Assembly: GCA_027021705.1 (NCBI GenBank)
Contig: JALUTT010000067.1
Location: 1 to 45,134 of the forward strand
Direction: 5' to 3'
Source of the DNA: Anaerolineae bacterium
GTDB taxonomy: Bacteria > Chloroflexota > Anaerolineae > S140-20
DNA: 45,134 bases
Below are positions 26,135 through 35,453 of this stretch, piece after piece; the stretch's first letter is position 1, and every line of letters begins with the position of its first letter. A model generated the notes under the pieces. It searched no databases. It was not told the DNA's origin and saw only the letters and a list, made by a program, of their open reading frames with translations. The translations under genes were made by a program, and so were the position numbers.

Positions 26135-27646
26135 TTACTCGACCCAGTTGAAGGTCCGTTCGACGGCCTTGAGCCAGCCCTTGTAGAGCTGCTCGCGGGT
26201 TGCCTCGTCCATCTTGGGCTCCCAGGTCTTGTCCACCTGCCAGTTGGCCCGCAGGTCCTCCAGGTTGTCCCAGAAGCCCACGGCGAGGCCGGCGGCGTAG
26301 GCGGCACCCAGCGAGGTGGTCTCGGCGACCTTGGGCCGGACGACGGGCACACCCAGGATGTCGGCCTGGAACTGCATGAGCAGCTCGTTGTAGACCATGC
26401 CGCCGTCCACCTTGAGGGCCTTCAACTCCACGCCGGAGTCCTTCTTCATCGCATCCAGCACCTCGCGGGTCTGGTAAGCGGTGGCCTCCAGAGCGGCGCG
26501 GGCGATGTGGCCCCGGTTGATGTAGCGGGTCAGGCCGACGATGACGCCTCGGGCGTCAGAGCGCCAGTAGGGGGCGAAGAGGCCGGAGAAGGCGGGGACG
26601 AAGTAGATGCCGCCGTTGTCCTCCACCGTCTTGGCCAGGTCTTCAACCTCAGCCGACTTGCTAATGAGGCCCAGGTTATCCCGCAGCCACTGGACCAGGG
26701 CACCGGTGATGGCGATGGAGCCCTCCAGGGCGTAGACGGCCGGCTCGTCGCCGATCTTGTAGGCCAGCGTGGTCAGCAGGCCGCTCTTGGAGGGCACGGG
26801 CGTGGTGCCGGTGTTCAGGAGCATGAAGCAGCCGGTGCCGTAGGTGTTCTTGGCCTCACCCACGCTGTAGCAGGTCTGGCCCACCAGCGCTGCCTGCTGA
26901 TCGCCCAGGTCGCCGCAGACGGGGATGGCGTCGCCGAAGGGGCCGTCCTTGGGGGTCGTGCCCCAGACGTTGGGGTCGCTGGAGGGGACGATGCGGGGGA
27001 GCATCTGGCGCGGGATGCCCAGGATTCCCAGGATCTCGTCGTCCCAGTCCAGGGTCTCCAGGTTCATCAGCATAGTGCGGCTGGCGTTGGAGACGTCGGT
27101 GACGTGGGCGCCGCCGTCGGGACCGCCGGTCAGCCACCAGATCTCCCAGGTGTCAATGTTGCCGAAGATGGCGTCGCCGCGCTCGGCGGCCTCGCGGACC
27201 CCTTCCACGTTATCCAGGATCCACTTGATCTTGGGGCCGGAGAAGTAGGTGGCCAACGGAAGGCCGACCTTAGGGCGGAAACGATCCTGCCCGCCGTCCA
27301 TCGCCAGCTCGTCGCAGATCTCCTTGGTGCGGGTGTCCTGCCAGACGATGGCGTTGTAGTAGGGCTTGCCCGTCTTGCGGTCCCAGACGATGGTGGTCTC
27401 CCGCTGGTTGGTGACGCCGACGGCGGCGATGTCGCCGGGTTCGGCGCCGGCCTTGGCCACGGCCTCTTTCACCACCTCCTGGGTTCGCTCCCAGATCTCC
27501 ATCGGGTCGTGCTCGACCCAGCCCGGCTTGGGGTAGATCTGCTCGTGCTCCTTCTGGGCGATGCTGATGACCTCGCCGCTGCGGTTGAAGATCATGCACC
27601 GGGTGCTGGTCGTGCCCTGATCTACTGCTGCTGCATACTTGGCCAT
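26135..27646 (-). CDS. glpK: Glycerol kinase
   Basis: [36 protein letters not shown] and [11 protein letters not shown] motifs. Confidence 0.97.
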   Translation of the reverse strand: MAKYAAAVDQGTTSTRCMIFNRSGEVISIAQKEHEQIYPKPGWVEHDPMEIWERTQEVVKEAVAKAGAEPGDIAAVGVTNQRETTIVWDRKTGKPYYNAIVWQDTRTKEICDELAMDGGQDRFRPKVGLPLATYFSGPKIKWILDNVEGVREAAERGDAIFGNIDTWEIWWLTGGPDGGAHVTDVSNASRTMLMNLETLDWDDEILGILGIPRQMLPRIVPSSDPNVWGTTPKDGPFGDAIPVCGDLGDQQAALVGQTCYSVGEAKNTYGTGCFMLLNTGTTPVPSKSGLLTTLAYKIGDEPAVYALEGSIAITGALVQWLRDNLGLISKSAEVEDLAKTVEDNGGIYFVPAFSGLFAPYWRSDARGVIVGLTRYINRGHIARAALEATAYQTREVLDAMKKDSGVELKALKVDGGMVYNELLMQFQADILGVPVVRPKVAETTSLGAAYAAGLAVGFWDNLEDLRANWQVDKTWEPKMDEATREQLYKGWLKAVERTFNWVE

Positions 27647-27756
27647 GGAACTCACTCCTTTCTAGGAACTCCTAAGGTAGGTTCAATGGATCCGACGCGC
27701 GATCTCTCCCACGCCCCGGGCGGGAGATGCGGTTGCCCAGATGCCAGGCTGGTGGT

Positions 27757-28392
27757 CTATTGGGGTTGGGAGATGACGTCGAGCAACGCCTTGAGGATCA
27801 GGTAGGAGGAGGTCGCTCCAGGGTCTTGGTGGCCGATACTTCGTTCACCCAGGTAGCTGGCCCGCCCCTTCTTGGCCAGCATTGGGATGGTGTCCTTCAT
27901 CCCTTGTTCCGCCGCGTCCACTGCCCGACGCAGGGCTTCGATGGTATCGGCTCCCTCACCGATGGCCTGTTTGAAAGCTTCCGTGGCCGGAGTCAGGGCG
28001 TCTACCATCGTCTTATCTCCTAGTTGGGCTCTCCCCCGCTGCACCACGCCATCTACGGCGGCCTGGAGGAGGGCGGCCAGGTCCTCGTCCGTGAGCTCGT
28101 ACTTGCCATCCACCGCCATGCCAGCCCGCATAAAGAGGGTGCCGTAGAGGGGACCACCGGCGCCTCCCACGCTGGAGATGAGGGCCATCCCCGTCGTCTT
28201 CAGGATGCTGCCGATGTCCTTGTCCTCGACACCGGGCAATTGGCTCATCACTTTTTTGAACCCACGGTCCATGTTGATGCCGTGGTCCGCGTCGCCGATG
28301 GCGGCATCCAATTGGGTCAGGTAGTCCTTGTTTTCTTCCAGCACCTGGGCAACTGTTTTCAACCAGGCGACGATCTGATCTCTGGTGACCAT
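27757..28392 (-). CDS. dhaL: Dihydroxyacetone kinase ADP-binding subunit L
   Basis: LDAAIGDADHG, GDKTMVD and GRASYLGERSIGHQDPGA motifs. Alternative start GTG at 28401. Confidence 0.95.
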   Translation of the reverse strand: MVTRDQIVAWLKTVAQVLEENKDYLTQLDAAIGDADHGINMDRGFKKVMSQLPGVEDKDIGSILKTTGMALISSVGGAGGPLYGTLFMRAGMAVDGKYELTDEDLAALLQAAVDGVVQRGRAQLGDKTMVDALTPATEAFKQAIGEGADTIEALRRAVDAAEQGMKDTIPMLAKKGRASYLGERSIGHQDPGATSSYLILKALLDVISQPQ

Positions 28393-28560
28393 CTCAGACA
28401 CGATCCTCCTTTGCAACACCGTGGTCTAGGGGCATGCCCGGAAGGCCAGGGGGGGCTCCCACACCGCTGGTGGGGCCGGGAGTGGGAGCCCTCACCCGCC
28501 GCCGGGAGTCAAGACCTTTAGAAGGCGGAGAGGGGGGTGTTGCGTTGCCTGCGCGCCTTC

Positions 28561-29634
<1,074 letters not shown>

Positions 29635-29683
29635 AACACTTCTCCTTCACCTGTGGTCTGACCCTCGCAGGAATCGGTGGGAT

Positions 29684-29711
29684 GTAGGGGCGAGCATAGG
29701 CTCACCCCTAC
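29684..29711. repeat. GTAG-type REP-like palindrome
   Basis: GTAGGGGCGAGC-atag-GCTCACCCCTAC between glpF and dhaK. Confidence 0.6.
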
Positions 29712-29754
29712 TCTCCTCCCTTGCGGAAATCGTCAACGTAGGACCTCTGAGGGC

Positions 29755-30549
29755 CTATCCCTTGCTGGCCAAGCCCGGGGTGACGAACCAGTCGTAGGTG
29801 AGGACGCCCAAGATACCGCCGATGATGGGGGCGATGACCGGCGCGACCAGCCAGTAGAGGCCATCAAAGAGGCCCGTGGTGCCCACCAGGGTCCCGAAGA
29901 TGCGCGGACCCAGGTCGCGGGCGGGGTTAATGGCATAGCCACTGGGGCCGCCCAGGGTGAGGCCGATGGCCAGAACGACGAAGCCGACCATGAGGGGACC
30001 CAGGTTGGCACCGACGCCCAGGTTCTTGGTGTCGAAGACGGCCAGGACACCCCACAGCAGCACGGCGGTGCCGAAGATCTCTGCGATGACGGCGACGGGG
30101 AGGGAATAGCTGCCGGTGGATGCCGCTCCGGCGCCGCCCCAGAAGGCCTGACCGAAGACGGAGCCGGGGCCGGTGCACCAGACGTTGGGCATGCCCGCGG
30201 CCTTCAGGCCGTCCATGTAGACCAGGTAGACACCCAAGGCTCCCAGGAAAGCGCCGATGAACTGGGCGATGATGTAGGGAACGACCTTGCCCCACGGGAA
30301 GTCGCCGCGCACAGCCAAAGCGATGCTCACGGCGGGGTTAATGTGAGCGCCGGAGACCCCGCCGACGATGTAGACGGCGAAGACAACGGCGAAACCCCAT
30401 CCAAAGGCGATGGTGTTCCAGTTGTAGGCCGGAGCCGCCAGGCGGGGAGCCAGCCCGACGTTGGCGACGACGCCGTCACCGAGCAGGATCAGGATGAAGG
30501 TCCCGAAGACCTCCGCGATGAACTCGTGCCGCAGGGTTTTGTCTTGCAT
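29755..30549 (-). CDS. glpF: MIP family aquaglyceroporin (glycerol uptake facilitator)
   Basis: SGAHINPAV and GYAINPARDLGPR (NPARD = aquaglyceroporin signature). Confidence 0.92.
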   Translation of the reverse strand: MQDKTLRHEFIAEVFGTFILILLGDGVVANVGLAPRLAAPAYNWNTIAFGWGFAVVFAVYIVGGVSGAHINPAVSIALAVRGDFPWGKVVPYIIAQFIGAFLGALGVYLVYMDGLKAAGMPNVWCTGPGSVFGQAFWGGAGAASTGSYSLPVAVIAEIFGTAVLLWGVLAVFDTKNLGVGANLGPLMVGFVVLAIGLTLGGPSGYAINPARDLGPRIFGTLVGTTGLFDGLYWLVAPVIAPIIGGILGVLTYDWFVTPGLASKG

Positions 30550-30710
30550 AGTTCCTCTCCTTACTTGCGTGATGTGGCGGGTCGCTAGAGATGAGGGAAG
30601 CGTTGGGTGAGGAAGAAAAGCATTTGACGATGGTTGGCTGTGGACAACACCTCCTTTCTAGCGCTCTTTGCTGGCTTGGGGAAACGGGATTACAGGTGGT
30701 TGTGCGTCTC

Positions 30711-31487
30711 CTACAGGTGGGAGGGGGAGGCGATCATCTGCTGGTTAATCATGCCGGCCAGATAGCCTGCTCCTACGCCGTTGTCTATGTTCACCACAGC
30801 GACCCCCAAGGCGCAGCTGTTAAGCATTGCCAGGAGAGCAGCCACACCTCCAAAGCTGGCTCCGTAACCGACGCTGGTCGGTACGGCGATGACGGGGACG
30901 CCGACCAACCCACCCACCACGCTGGCCAGCGCTCCTTCCATACCGGCGACGACGACAACAACTCGGGCTCGCATCAGGGCCTCGCTGCGGTCCAACAACC
31001 GATGCAGTCCGGCGACGCCAACATCGTAGAGCCGTTCGACCTGGTTGCCCATCACCTCGGCCGTGATGGCCGCCTCTTCAGCGACGGGGATGTCAGAAGT
31101 GCCACCGGTGACTACCAGGACACCCGGTTGCTTGGGTCTGTCGGGTTCCCGGTCCACCACGATGAGGCGAGAGAGAGGGTGGTAAATGGCGTTTTCGACG
31201 ACGGTGTGGAGGGCTTCATAGACCTCTGGGCTGGCTCGGGTGACCAGGATGGGGCTATGTCGTTCTACCATCCGTTGCACGATTTGGATCACCTGCTCTG
31301 GGGTCTTCCACTGGGCCATCACGATCTCTGGGAAGCCCTGTCGCAGGGTCCGATGGTGGTCCAAGTGGGCAAAGCCCAGATCTTCGTAGGGCAGGTGCTT
31401 CAGCGTTTCCAGGGCCTCTTCGACGGAGGTGGTGCCGTCGCGCACCCTTTCCAGCAGGGCGGTCAGGCTGTGGAGTAGCTGAGACAT
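30711..31487 (-). CDS. larB: Nickel-pincer cofactor biosynthesis protein LarB (AIR carboxylase-like)
   Basis: [44 protein letters not shown] and NSC...VNIDNG motifs. Confidence 0.92.
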   Translation of the reverse strand: MSQLLHSLTALLERVRDGTTSVEEALETLKHLPYEDLGFAHLDHHRTLRQGFPEIVMAQWKTPEQVIQIVQRMVERHSPILVTRASPEVYEALHTVVENAIYHPLSRLIVVDREPDRPKQPGVLVVTGGTSDIPVAEEAAITAEVMGNQVERLYDVGVAGLHRLLDRSEALMRARVVVVVAGMEGALASVVGGLVGVPVIAVPTSVGYGASFGGVAALLAMLNSCALGVAVVNIDNGVGAGYLAGMINQQMIASPSHL

Positions 31488-31689
31488 AGACCCTCGCGAT
31501 CTAGCATGCTCCCTCAACCTTGGTGATCCTGGATGCGGCGGTAACAGGGTAGGACGATCTCAAGGGCATCGTTGGATGGCCGGGAGGGTCAGGAGTTCGG
31601 TGCTCGGTAGGGGATTCCAGATCGGAACACGGGACGCCCCGATCCACACTCGGTTGGCCGTCGCAAGCGAGGAATAGTACTACACTACT

Positions 31690-31717
31690 ATTTTATGAGG
31701 ATAGGCGGGGGTGTCAA
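31690..31717 (-). promoter_or_regulatory. Sigma70 promoter upstream of larB and the glycerol cluster
   Basis: Minus strand TTGACA-N16-TAAAAT. Confidence 0.65.
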
Positions 31718-31732
31718 CGGCGAGAAGATTTT

Positions 31733-31749
31733 TGTTTCACTTTGGAACA
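31733..31749. promoter_or_regulatory. Palindromic operator candidate TGTTYCA-N3-TGRAACA
   Basis: tgtttca-ctt-tggaaca in an AT-rich tract just upstream of the -35 box. Confidence 0.5.
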
Positions 31750-31782
31750 TTTCGGAGGGATGAGGTGTTTCTCCTTGAAACG

Positions 31783-32535
31783 TCATGACATTTTGAGGAG
31801 CACCTCTCTCCTCTCAGGGGAAAGGTAGGGAGACTCCAGCCCGTGGGCTTCCAGCAGGGCCTCGTCGGCCAGGAGGTGTCCTGTGGGACCGTCGGCCACG
31901 ACCTGTCCGGCATCCAGCACGACGGTACGGGGGAAGAGCTCCGCCACCAGCCGCATATCGTGGGTGGCGACCAGCATCGTCTGAGGAAGCCGGGCCAGCA
32001 GGCGGAGGAGCCCTCGCCGAGCCCGAGGGTCCAGGCCTGCCGTCGGCTCGTCCAGGGCCAGGACCTCGGGCTTCATCGCCAGCACCGTAGCAATGGCCAC
32101 GCGCTTCTTCTCCCCCTGGCTCAGGTGGTGGGAGATGCGGTCGGCGAAGACGTCCATCCCCACCTGGGCCAGTGCCCAGGCAACCCGTTCCCGCACCTCG
32201 GCCTCGGGCAGCCCCATGTGCAGCGGTCCGAAGGCCACATCCTCGAAGACGGTGGGTGAGAAGAGCTGATCGTCTGGGTCCTGGAAGACCAGTCCTACCT
32301 GGGCGCGGATCCATCCCAGGTTCGCGCCGTTCACCTCCTGTCCCAGGATGCGCACCCGCCCCTGACCGGCCAGGATGCCGTTCAAGTGGAGCAGCAAGGT
32401 AGACTTGCCGGCCCCGTTGGGTCCCACCAGCGCCACTTTCTCCCCAGGGGCGATCCGCAGGTTGACACCCCGCAAGGCCGGCCGGCCGTCGTGATAGGCA
32501 AAGCGCACGTTCTCCAGCTCGATGGCGTATTCCAT
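31783..32535 (-). CDS. cbiO: ECF Ni/Co transporter ATPase
   Basis: GPNGAGKS, FQDPDDQLFSPTV, LS.GEKKR and LDEPTAGLDP motifs. Confidence 0.92.
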   Translation of the reverse strand: MEYAIELENVRFAYHDGRPALRGVNLRIAPGEKVALVGPNGAGKSTLLLHLNGILAGQGRVRILGQEVNGANLGWIRAQVGLVFQDPDDQLFSPTVFEDVAFGPLHMGLPEAEVRERVAWALAQVGMDVFADRISHHLSQGEKKRVAIATVLAMKPEVLALDEPTAGLDPRARRGLLRLLARLPQTMLVATHDMRLVAELFPRTVVLDAGQVVADGPTGHLLADEALLEAHGLESPYLSPERREVLLKMS

Positions 32536-32574
32536 CAATCCTCAGTTCCTCGGCCCTGGGCTCCTCGGTTCGGT

Positions 32575-33360
32575 TCACCAGCCCAGCAGCGCGATGAGGG
32601 CCAGTAGGGCGACGAAGAGCAGGCCCAGCACCCCGTCGGCTGGCCGCAGCCGGGGCGGGCTCAACGTCCGCAGCTCCCCCCGATACCCTCGGGCCAGCAT
32701 CGCGTTGTAGATGCGTTCGCTCCGCTCGACGCTGCGGAGGAAGAGGTTACCCACCATCCCCCCCGTCACCCGGGCTCGCCAAGTGATGCTTCCGCCGCTG
32801 CCCGGGCCGATGACGGCACTGCGGGCTTCCCGTGCCCGGTGCAGCCGCAGCGCTTCATCGGCTAACACGAAGAGGTAGCGCCCCATAAAAGCGATGATGG
32901 ACACCAGCAGCCGAGGGAGGCGCAGCGCTCGCATCGCCACGACCAGCGTGGGGAAGGGAGTCGTCGCCGCCAGCAGGATGGCTCCCTGGACGGAGAGCCA
33001 GGACTTGAGCAGGATGCTCAGGAAGCGGATCAGTCCGGGTTGGCTGGCGGTGAGGTGCCAGGCTCCCAGGGAGAGGGTGAAGAGCGGCCGGCCTTCGGTG
33101 GTGAACAGGACCGTCAGAGCGGCCAGGGCGAAGGGGAGGGCCACCAACGCCCGCCGCTGGACCAACAGGGGAGGAAGGCCGGCCGCCAGGATAACCCCCA
33201 GGGCCAGCAGAGTCAGCCCCAGATAGGCGAGCCAGGCACCGGCCGGCGTCAGAGAGGTCACCAGGATGAAGGCCAATGTCAGCAGCAGCTTGACCCTGGC
33301 ATCCAGCCGGTGGACGGAGCTTCGCCCGGTGTGGTACTGATCCAGCAGGTGGATGTGCAT
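32575..33360 (-). CDS. cbiQ: ECF Ni/Co transporter T component
   Basis: SSVHRLDARVKL, RY, AR and ERSERIYNAMLARGY motifs. Confidence 0.92.
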   Translation of the reverse strand: MHIHLLDQYHTGRSSVHRLDARVKLLLTLAFILVTSLTPAGAWLAYLGLTLLALGVILAAGLPPLLVQRRALVALPFALAALTVLFTTEGRPLFTLSLGAWHLTASQPGLIRFLSILLKSWLSVQGAILLAATTPFPTLVVAMRALRLPRLLVSIIAFMGRYLFVLADEALRLHRAREARSAVIGPGSGGSITWRARVTGGMVGNLFLRSVERSERIYNAMLARGYRGELRTLSPPRLRPADGVLGLLFVALLALIALLGW

Positions 33361-33497
33361 TTTGGTCGTTTGGTCAAGTAGTCCTCAGTCCTCAGTCCTC
33401 AGTCCTTGGTCCTCGGTCCTCGGTCCGTCGCTAGGTCGCTAGGCCACTAATCGCTAGGCCGCTAATCGCTAAGCCGCTGGTCGCCTAGTCGGCGGTC
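33361..33497. repeat. Long degenerate 7/8-nt tandem array filling the cbiM-cbiQ gap
   Basis: tagtcct cagtcct cagtcct cagtcct tggtcct cggtcct cggtccg, then tcgctagg/ccgctaa units. Confidence 0.85.
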
Positions 33498-33499
33498 AT

Positions 33500-34465
33500 C
33501 TATCCGGCCTTGGTGCTCCCCCGGACGACCCCCAGGGTCACGGCGAAGACGAGCAACGTCCCCACCAGGCCGGCCAAGATGGTCGCCAGGGCCTCGTTGC
33601 CCACGCCGGGGAAGAGGTAGTCGGGGATGATCTGGTAGGGCGCGTTTCGGGCTGCTTCGATGAAGCCGTAGTCCTCCGCCACCCGCTCCAGTCCGTCAGG
33701 AAAGGAGGAAGCCAGAGGGGCCAGCAGGACGACCAGGAGCGCCAGCCCCAAGCCGGCCACCCACCATCGTCCGCCGGTGCCTGCTCCCATCGGTTCCGCC
33801 GACAGGAGGTCAGGGCGGGTGGCCTGGATGAAACCCAGCGCTCCGACGGTGATCAACCCCTCACCGATGCCGATGAGGAGATGGACGCCGGCCATCGCGG
33901 GCACCGCAACCTCCAGCGCCGAGGTGCCGGAGAACCCCAGCTCCAAGGCGGTGGCAATGGCGGCCACTACGACCGACAGCCAGGCGGCGATGAACCCTCC
34001 GGCGAAGGTCCCCCAGGGGCGGTCGCCGGCCAGCCGCCGGACCAGTTGGTAGGTCCCGTAGCTGACGATGGCGGCGATGACGGCCATGTTCAGGATGTTG
34101 GCCCCCAGGACCAGCAGCCCGCCGTCCTGGAAAATGAGGGCCTGGACGGCGACGACGCTGGTCATAATGAGCATCGCGGCCCAGGGGCCCATCAAGATGG
34201 CGGCCAGAGCGCTGCCGATTAGGTGACCGGAGGTGCCACCGGCGACGGGGAAGTTGAGCATCTGCGCGGCGAAGATGAAGGCGGCCAGCACGCCCATCAG
34301 CGGAACCTGTCGTTCGCCCAGCGTCTCCTGGGTGCGGCGCAGGGCGACCCCCAGGGCGATCAGGGCCAGCACCCAGGCCGCCAGGTAGACCGGGGTGGAG
34401 AGGAAGCCATCGGGAATGTGCATTCGGGCCGGAGCCAGCAGTGCGTCAGCGAGAATTGGGATCAT
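33500..34465 (-). CDS. cbiM: ECF Ni/Co transporter S component fused to an N component (CbiM/NikM + PDGLE domain)
   Basis: [27 protein letters not shown] and IGEGLIT motifs; C-terminal [12 protein letters not shown]. Confidence 0.92.
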   Translation of the reverse strand: MIPILADALLAPARMHIPDGFLSTPVYLAAWVLALIALGVALRRTQETLGERQVPLMGVLAAFIFAAQMLNFPVAGGTSGHLIGSALAAILMGPWAAMLIMTSVVAVQALIFQDGGLLVLGANILNMAVIAAIVSYGTYQLVRRLAGDRPWGTFAGGFIAAWLSVVVAAIATALELGFSGTSALEVAVPAMAGVHLLIGIGEGLITVGALGFIQATRPDLLSAEPMGAGTGGRWWVAGLGLALLVVLLAPLASSFPDGLERVAEDYGFIEAARNAPYQIIPDYLFPGVGNEALATILAGLVGTLLVFAVTLGVVRGSTKAG

Positions 34466-34491
34466 CGTCTTTCCTCCTTCTTCTTTCGCTG

Positions 34492-34613
34492 GTATCTATT
34501 CAGCCTACCCTCCCGCAGGTCACCGGTCGAGGGCGCTTTCAGCCCCGATGGGCTATTGGAAGCGCGGTTTCGCGTCGGAAACGTGCCTAACCTGCGGGAG
34601 GGTGAACAGTTAC
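34492..34613. repeat. 122-bp element copy A (MITE/REPIN-like), inverted relative to copy B
   Basis: 116/122 identical to the reverse complement of 35275-35396; internal IR ccctcccgcaggt/acctgcgggaggg; termini gtatctattcag...tgaacagttac. Confidence 0.9.
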
Positions 34614-35041
34614 GTCTGGGCGTCACGGCAGTGGGCGCACAGGCCGGAGATGGCTATGTGGCGGAACTCGGCGGCGAAATTGTACTGGTCCAACAGCATC
34701 TCTTGCAGGGGGTGCAACACTTGGTCGGGCAGGTCAATCATCGTACCACATTGGCGGCAGATCAGATGGTGGTGGGACGGGCTATCCGCCCGCTCGTAGC
34801 GGAGGGGTTCGCCGGCGACCTGGAAGGCGGTGAGGATGCCCAGATCGCAGAGCAGGTCCAGCGTGCGATAGATGGTGGCGATGTTCACCGCCTCGCTCTG
34901 CCGGCGCACCTGACGGTAGACTTCCTCGGCGGTGAAATGGCCTTCTTGGTCCAAGATGGCCAAGACCACCATCTCCCGCTGAGGGGTCAGCCGATAGCCC
35001 TGCTGGCGCAGGAATTGGATGGTGGCGTAGTGGTGGGACAA
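34610..35041 (-). CDS. Fur-family metalloregulator (Fur/Zur/Nur-like)
   Basis: RLTPQR, HFTAEEVY, ATIYRTL, HHHLICRQC and GLCAHC motifs; TTG start at 35041. Confidence 0.92.
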   Translation of the reverse strand: MSHHYATIQFLRQQGYRLTPQREMVVLAILDQEGHFTAEEVYRQVRRQSEAVNIATIYRTLDLLCDLGILTAFQVAGEPLRYERADSPSHHHLICRQCGTMIDLPDQVLHPLQEMLLDQYNFAAEFRHIAISGLCAHCRDAQT

Positions 35042-35067
35042 AGGACGGCCTCGTGCGGATGATCGTT

Positions 35068-35117
35068 CTTGCAAAGAGTTGCAAGTACATTTTAGCACAA
35101 ATAGCGACGCCTGTCAA
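35068..35117 (-). promoter_or_regulatory. fur/cbiMQO promoter with downstream palindromic operator
   Basis: Minus strand TTGACA-N17-TAAAAT (35117-35089), then CTTGCAA-ctct-TTGCAAG (35068-35085). Confidence 0.75.
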
Positions 35118-35125
35118 CCCATAAA

Positions 35126-35217
35126 CCTCCCGCAGGTCCTCCCCACGGCCTGAAGCGCCTCGTAGGCGGCTTCCGATGAGCTGCCGCTGTTGCCAACATC
35201 GTGTGACCTGCGGGAGG
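35126..35217. repeat. CCTCCCGCAGGT...ACCTGCGGGAGG hairpin element
   Basis: Same terminal IR as copies A and B; interior similar to 23524-23594. Confidence 0.8.
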
Positions 35218-35235
35218 GTGCAGCCGTCAGAACCC

Positions 35236-35264
35236 TTGACACAACCCTCCCCCTCGGTTATCAT
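35236..35264 (+). promoter_or_regulatory. Sigma70 promoter of the xseA operon
   Basis: TTGACA-N17-TATCAT. Confidence 0.7.
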
Positions 35265-35274
35265 AAGGTGCCGG

Positions 35275-35396
35275 GTAACTGTTCACCCTTCCGCAGGTTA
35301 GGCGCGTTTCCGACACGAAACCGTGCTTCCAATAGCCTATCGGGGCTGAAAGCGCCCTCGACCGGTGACCTGCGGGAGGGTAGGCTGAATAGGTAC
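35275..35396. repeat. 122-bp element copy B
   Basis: Inverted near-identical copy of 34492-34613. Confidence 0.9.
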
Positions 35397-35453
35397 GGTG
35401 CCGGGTTCGTTATCCCCAGGCCGGTGCGAAGGCCGGCCTTCCAGGTCGTCTCG

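Noticed and set aside
25784..27805. 673-aa plus-strand ORF, and similar ones such as 21449..23050 and 4391..5545
   Set aside because: Exact antisense of glpK and other confident genes.
33361..33497. CRISPR array in the repeat-rich gaps
   Set aside because: Units are 7-8 nt with no unique spacers, and there are no cas genes.
34466..34613. Cobalamin or NiCo riboswitch upstream of cbiM
   Set aside because: No recognisable B12 box, and a near-identical copy lies before xseA, which favours a dispersed repeat.
34492..35396. Integron attC sites (TAAC containing the fur stop, long hairpin)
   Set aside because: The distal end lacks GTTRRRY, the copies are inverted rather than direct, and no integrase is present.
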